Source: Candidatus Poribacteria bacterium | GTDB taxonomy: Bacteria > Poribacteria > WGA-4E > WGA-3G | Length of the DNA: 64,000 bases | Assembly (NCBI GenBank): GCA_964291315.2 | Contig: OZ219753.1 | Coordinates: 2,400,001-2,464,000 of the forward strand | Direction: 5' to 3' | Shown: positions 60,017 through 64,000 of the stretch, in pieces | Position numbering within the stretch: the first letter of the stretch is position 1 | How the letters are laid out: each line of letters starts with the position of its first letter | Position numbers and translations under genes: made by a program | The notes under the pieces: model-generated | What the model was told of the DNA's origin: nothing | The model's database searches: none | What the model saw: only the letters and a program-made list of their open reading frames with translations

Positions 60017-60793
60017 ATGGCAAACACACTATTGCACCTGCTAGCACAAAAATGTGAGCGTCATCCCGACTATGCGCGGTGCACTGAACTTTTTGCCCAA
60101 TTGGATCCATCAGGACCTCCGCGAATAGAGCTTGTTCACCGCGCTAACCTACCGAGGCACGGCACCAAAAAACTCGGAATTTTTTCTGGATCCTTTAATC
60201 CACTGACACTTGCACATACGCAAGTGGTAGAGAACACTGTTACCGGCTACCAATTAGATGAGATGCTCCTGCTCCTTGCAAAGGCGAATGTGGATAAAGA
60301 GGTGTGCGGTTTACCTCTCGCAGCGAGACTTCTGACGGTCAAAAAATATGCCGAAAACCGACAAAAACTTTCTGTCGGCATATCGAGCCACGGTAGATAT
60401 ATCGACAAGATCACTGCTTTAAAAACCATTTTGCCACCGGAAACCGAGATCTATTTTGTCGTTGGGTATGATACTTTGGTGAGAATCTTTGACCCAAAAT
60501 ACTATACCGATTTCCACGCTGAATTGCAAGCGCTATTTGTAACTGCTCGCCTCATCGTTGCGAATCGAGCGGAAGCAGATATGGAGACAATAGAGGAGTT
60601 CATGGCACGGACAGAGGTTCTCCAATATGCCCCGTATGTTTCACCCCTTTTGTTATCTGATGTTTATGCCTACATGTCCTCAACAGAGGTGCGAGAACGG
60701 TTGAAACGGGGCAAGTCTATTGAACATCTCGTTCCTTCCAGTATCCTCACTATGCTCGACGAAAATTTCGCTGAATCTATTCGTACGGAATAA
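60017..60793 (+). CDS. Nucleotidyltransferase, NadD/NMNAT-like (TxxH variant)
   Basis: GSFNPLTLAH, ANVDK, GYDTLVRIFDPKYY, MSSTEVR. Confidence 0.8.
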   Translation: MANTLLHLLAQKCERHPDYARCTELFAQLDPSGPPRIELVHRANLPRHGTKKLGIFSGSFNPLTLAHTQVVENTVTGYQLDEMLLLLAKANVDKEVCGLPLAARLLTVKKYAENRQKLSVGISSHGRYIDKITALKTILPPETEIYFVVGYDTLVRIFDPKYYTDFHAELQALFVTARLIVANRAEADMETIEEFMARTEVLQYAPYVSPLLLSDVYAYMSSTEVRERLKRGKSIEHLVPSSILTMLDENFAESIRTE

Positions 60794-61026
60794 CATGCCC
60801 GTTCAATTTTCGGCACGAGAAACATCTTTTATTTCCACGCTAAAAATAAGATACGGATACGCTTACGCTAACAATAAAAACCTTTATTGGAAAGGCTCGA
60901 ACCAGTGATTGTTTCTACAGAAAGTCTTGTTTTTATTTTTCTACATTTTCTTCAGACTACCTGCCCCATTGTGTTAAATAGTATACACTCTCGCTAAATT
61001 CAACCCTTGTTTTAGTACTTTTACGC

Positions 61027-61042
61027 TGGCACGATTCTTGCT
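61027..61042 (+). promoter_or_regulatory. Sigma54 (-24/-12) promoter
   Basis: TGGCAC-GATTC-TTGCT, an exact consensus match. Confidence 0.8.
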
Positions 61043-61203
61043 AAGTAAGTTTAGGCAGTAAGAATTTATACAGAGTTCTGAAACTGATTTACACGTAATT
61101 TCGTTTATTTTATCAACTTTTCGGTGACAGACTCAGGTTTGGAAAACATCGAAAATTCATAGCGGATTATTATAAAAATTTTTTTATAGTGAGGAGAAAA
61201 TTC

Positions 61204-61356
61204 GTGTTTAACGGCATAGAAATCATTATTGGGGTTTTGGGTGCCCTAATCGGCATTGGCGGCGGTTATCTGGTCCTTTCCGCTTTTTTTGCAGGTATTC
61301 GACATATTGCGAAACCCAATGCTGTTGAGGCTGAAGAGACAGCATCGAAAAAATAG
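61204..61356 (+). CDS. Small single-TM protein (50 aa), absent from the ORF track
   Basis: GAGGAG SD then GTG; MFNGIEIIIGVLGALIGIGGGYLVLSAFFAGIRHIAKPNAVEAEETASKK. Confidence 0.7.
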   Translation: MFNGIEIIIGVLGALIGIGGGYLVLSAFFAGIRHIAKPNAVEAEETASKK

Positions 61357-61549
61357 GACATCCGGTGGTTACACCGAAAGAGTTTGAGTATTGACGTTTT
61401 TTCTATCATAATTTCGTTGGGCGCTTCGGAGGAAACTTACGGTCTGCTCTAAGCTCCTCAACGGGTTGTAAGGCAGAACACAAGTTTATCGAAGTTTCCG
61501 CAGGCTTTCGCTGGCGGAGTAGGTCAAATTAAAACGAACAGCGGCAGAT

Positions 61550-62230
61550 ATGCAGTATCGCTCCCTCCATCCGTGGGATGTCACGCCTCAAGAAGCCAGA
61601 GAGATTCAAAACCGGCTCCGTAGAGAGGTGGTTGTGACAAATCAGTTTGGAACGATTAACACCGTTGCTGGGGTAGACATCGGACTGAAAAAGGACGTTG
61701 CACGCGCATCCGTGGTCGTCCTTAGCTTTCCCGAATTGCAGATGGTAGACAGCGAGGTTGCAGAAAGCCCTGTTCGTTTTCCTTATGTACCAGGGTTGTT
61801 GTCTTTTCGAGAGATACCACCCCTATTGGAAGCATTTACACAGCTAAAAACAGAACCAGATTTACTGATAGTGGACGGACAAGGTATTGCACACCCTAGA
61901 CGGTTTGGACTCGCATCACACCTCGGATTAATTTTGGATAGACCGACAATCGGGTGTGCTAAATCCCGACTCTGTGGGAAATATGAAGAACCCAAACCCG
62001 AACGCGGAGCTTACACAGACCTAATAGACAACGGAGAGACCATTGGTGCCGCTGTTCGGACCCGCACAAACGTCCGAGTGGTTTATATATCTATAGGACA
62101 CGGGATATCTTTGCATTCAGCCCGTACATTAACATTGGCATGTTGCCGAGGCTACCGCTTGCCTGAAACGACTCGTTATGCCCACAAAGCTGCCTCTGGT
62201 CACATGCCCCAAAATCTGTTACTGTTTTAA
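61550..62230 (+). CDS. nfi: Endonuclease V (deoxyinosine 3' endonuclease)
   Basis: VAGVD, FPYVPGLLSFRE, DGQGIAHPRRFGLASH, GCAKS, RLPETTR. Confidence 0.97.
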   Translation: MQYRSLHPWDVTPQEAREIQNRLRREVVVTNQFGTINTVAGVDIGLKKDVARASVVVLSFPELQMVDSEVAESPVRFPYVPGLLSFREIPPLLEAFTQLKTEPDLLIVDGQGIAHPRRFGLASHLGLILDRPTIGCAKSRLCGKYEEPKPERGAYTDLIDNGETIGAAVRTRTNVRVVYISIGHGISLHSARTLTLACCRGYRLPETTRYAHKAASGHMPQNLLLF

Positions 62231-62386
62231 ATCATGAATGATGTACCGGCCGTTTGACTACAGTTACAGTAACCAAAATCCACGATTTGATCAGGAGGCA
62301 ATTGGTGCACTTCGTGGGTATGATCCGGAATTGGAAAAAAAATAGATTCATTGGCACAAATCTAAAAAACGCAGGATTTTGGAAAA

Positions 62387-63562
62387 ATGAATATCTTTTC
62401 AAAACGATTAAATAGACTCCCACACTACATGTTCGGCAAACTCAAGCAATTAACACATGAACGCCGACAGTTGGGGATAGATATTATCGACTTGGGAATG
62501 GGAAACCCAAATCAGCCGACCCCGCAACCTATCATTGATAAATTGACTGAAGCAGCACAAGAACTTCGGAATCACCGCTACTCCGCTTCACGCGGCATCT
62601 TCAACCTTCGCCGAGAGGTCAGCTGGCACTATGAGCGCCGGTTCGATGTTCACGTTTCCCCAGATGAAGAAGTTATTTCTGTTATCGGAACCAAGGAAGG
62701 ATTAGGGCATCTAGCGTTAGCCCTAATTGACGACGGCGACTTGGCGATGGTGCCGAATCCGACATTCCCAATTCATACCCACAGCGTTGTGCTTGCCGGC
62801 GGAAGCGTTGTGAGTATACCGCTCACCGAAGAAAACCATTTTATTCCATCGCTCACCGAAATCACACGCGATATTTGGCCGAGACCGAAGATGCTTATTC
62901 TAAGCTTCCCGCATAATCCAACGGGGGCAGTGGTTGACCTCGGGTTCTTCGAGGAAATCGTGGCGTTCGCAAAACGTCAAGAAATTGTAGTGATTCACGA
63001 TCTCGCTTACGCCGACATTGTTTTTGACGGTTATAAGGCACCAAGCTTCCTACAAGCAAAGGGCGCGAAGGATGTCGGCATCGAATTTTTCTCGCTCTCC
63101 AAATCCTACAATATGGCCGGGTGGCGCTGTGGTTTTGCAGCCGGCAATCGTGAGATAATTGAGGCTCTCGCTCGAATTAAGGGGTATTACGATTACGGGA
63201 TTTTCGCGCCGATCCAGGTTGCTGCAATCATGGCGCTCCGCACACCAGCGGATACAGTGATGGAAAACGCTGCTGTCTATCAAAAACGACGCGATGTGCT
63301 CGTTGAAGGGTTAAACCGAATCGGATGGAAAGTCCCAAAACCTCAGGCCTCTATGTTTGTCTGGGCCCCCATTCCTGAAACATGGCAGCATCTCTCCTCT
63401 ATGGATTTCGCTATGAAACTCCTCAACGAAGCAGAAGTCTGTGTCTCTCCAGGAGCCGGGTTCGGGCATAACGGCGAGGGGTATATCCGCATAGCACTTG
63501 TGGAAAACGAGGACAGAATCCGCCAGGCAGTCCGTCAAATTCGACGAGCTCTATTCAGCTAA
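62387..63562 (+). CDS. Class I/II PLP aminotransferase (AlaC / LL-DAP aminotransferase-like)
   Basis: DLGMGNP, FPHNPT, HDLAY, SLSKSYNMAGWR, SPGAGFG. Confidence 0.9.
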   Translation: MNIFSKRLNRLPHYMFGKLKQLTHERRQLGIDIIDLGMGNPNQPTPQPIIDKLTEAAQELRNHRYSASRGIFNLRREVSWHYERRFDVHVSPDEEVISVIGTKEGLGHLALALIDDGDLAMVPNPTFPIHTHSVVLAGGSVVSIPLTEENHFIPSLTEITRDIWPRPKMLILSFPHNPTGAVVDLGFFEEIVAFAKRQEIVVIHDLAYADIVFDGYKAPSFLQAKGAKDVGIEFFSLSKSYNMAGWRCGFAAGNREIIEALARIKGYYDYGIFAPIQVAAIMALRTPADTVMENAAVYQKRRDVLVEGLNRIGWKVPKPQASMFVWAPIPETWQHLSSMDFAMKLLNEAEVCVSPGAGFGHNGEGYIRIALVENEDRIRQAVRQIRRALFS

Positions 63563-63659
63563 TGATCAAGTCATATGTATACAAACTATATATATCAACC
63601 AGGATATGTATAAAAATCGTGAAAAAGTATACATGTTCAGTTGTTAAAGGGGGCGGCCC

Positions 63660-64000
63660 GTGAGAAGAACGGCGCAATTCAATCCGAACGTTCCATGGAA
63701 CGATCTTCCTGAACTTCCGCCCGCTGCGGACCTTGAATCGCGTGTCATCCTTAAAGGGTGCATATCGGCAACGGCTGAGCTTTTCAGGGCAAATGCCTTG
63801 GGGAAAATGCTGCCAAACGAAGAGGTTCTGATAAATACGTTACCACTTCAGGAAGCACGTAGGAGTTCGGAAATCGAAAACATCGTTACAACCAACGATG
63901 ACCTATACCGAGCGATGGCATCTGACATAAACTGTGTTAAGCTCGACTCCAATACCAAAGAAGTACTACACTATCGCGAGGCATTATGGCAAGGTGTCAG
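63660..64000 (+). CDS. Fic family protein, N-terminal part (truncated by the window end)
   Basis: Translated by hand: FNPNVPWNDLPELPP..LINTLPLQEARRSSEIENIVTT, containing the (S/T)xxxE(G/N) inhibitory motif. Confidence 0.88.
   Translation, partial: MRRTAQFNPNVPWNDLPELPPAADLESRVILKGCISATAELFRANALGKMLPNEEVLINTLPLQEARRSSEIENIVTTNDDLYRAMASDINCVKLDSNTKEVLHYREALWQGV

Overview
Bacterial chromosomal window. The C-terminal tails of the secreted proteins (..NYPNPFNPETWIPYQL..RKMLIRK; ..PVSLSSFRP..KLTTRWGDLKS), together with LRR, lamin-tail, PhyH and Uma2 genes, suggest Candidatus Poribacteria (inference only). Core blocks are smc (partial); tRNA-Pro(GGG)-hom; yceD-rpmF-fabH-fabD-fabG-acpP-fabF-folK; sucC-pgk-proS-sucD-panB; hisI-trpE-trpG; pckG; sod; dacB; cimA; mazG; nfi; an aminotransferase; and a partial Fic gene. 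Accessory genes are interspersed: two orphan DNA methyltransferases, a cytochrome c-LRR secreted protein, a beta-barrel/TonB fusion, a lamin-tail protein, a DUF4268 plus CapV-like patatin pair, and a cobalamin-riboswitch operon of three unannotated envelope proteins. The strongest unexplained signal is a repeated leader architecture at four loci (C tracts at 2822, 30290, 32405 and 57658). Each has a short upstream ORF running into a C8-C10 tract on the sense strand, 216-306 nt before a methyltransferase or surface gene. Three loci have a related sigma70 promoter about 200 nt upstream of the tract. At three loci a different frame stays open from the tract until it overlaps the start of the downstream gene. 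This looks like a phase-variable or frameshift-controlled uORF switch. Also found: a His/Trp leader-peptide attenuator (..HWYWR..) before hisI-trpE-trpG, a ~260 bp promoter-bearing dispersed repeat, and a sigma54-driven small membrane protein. All family calls come from motif recognition, not database searches.
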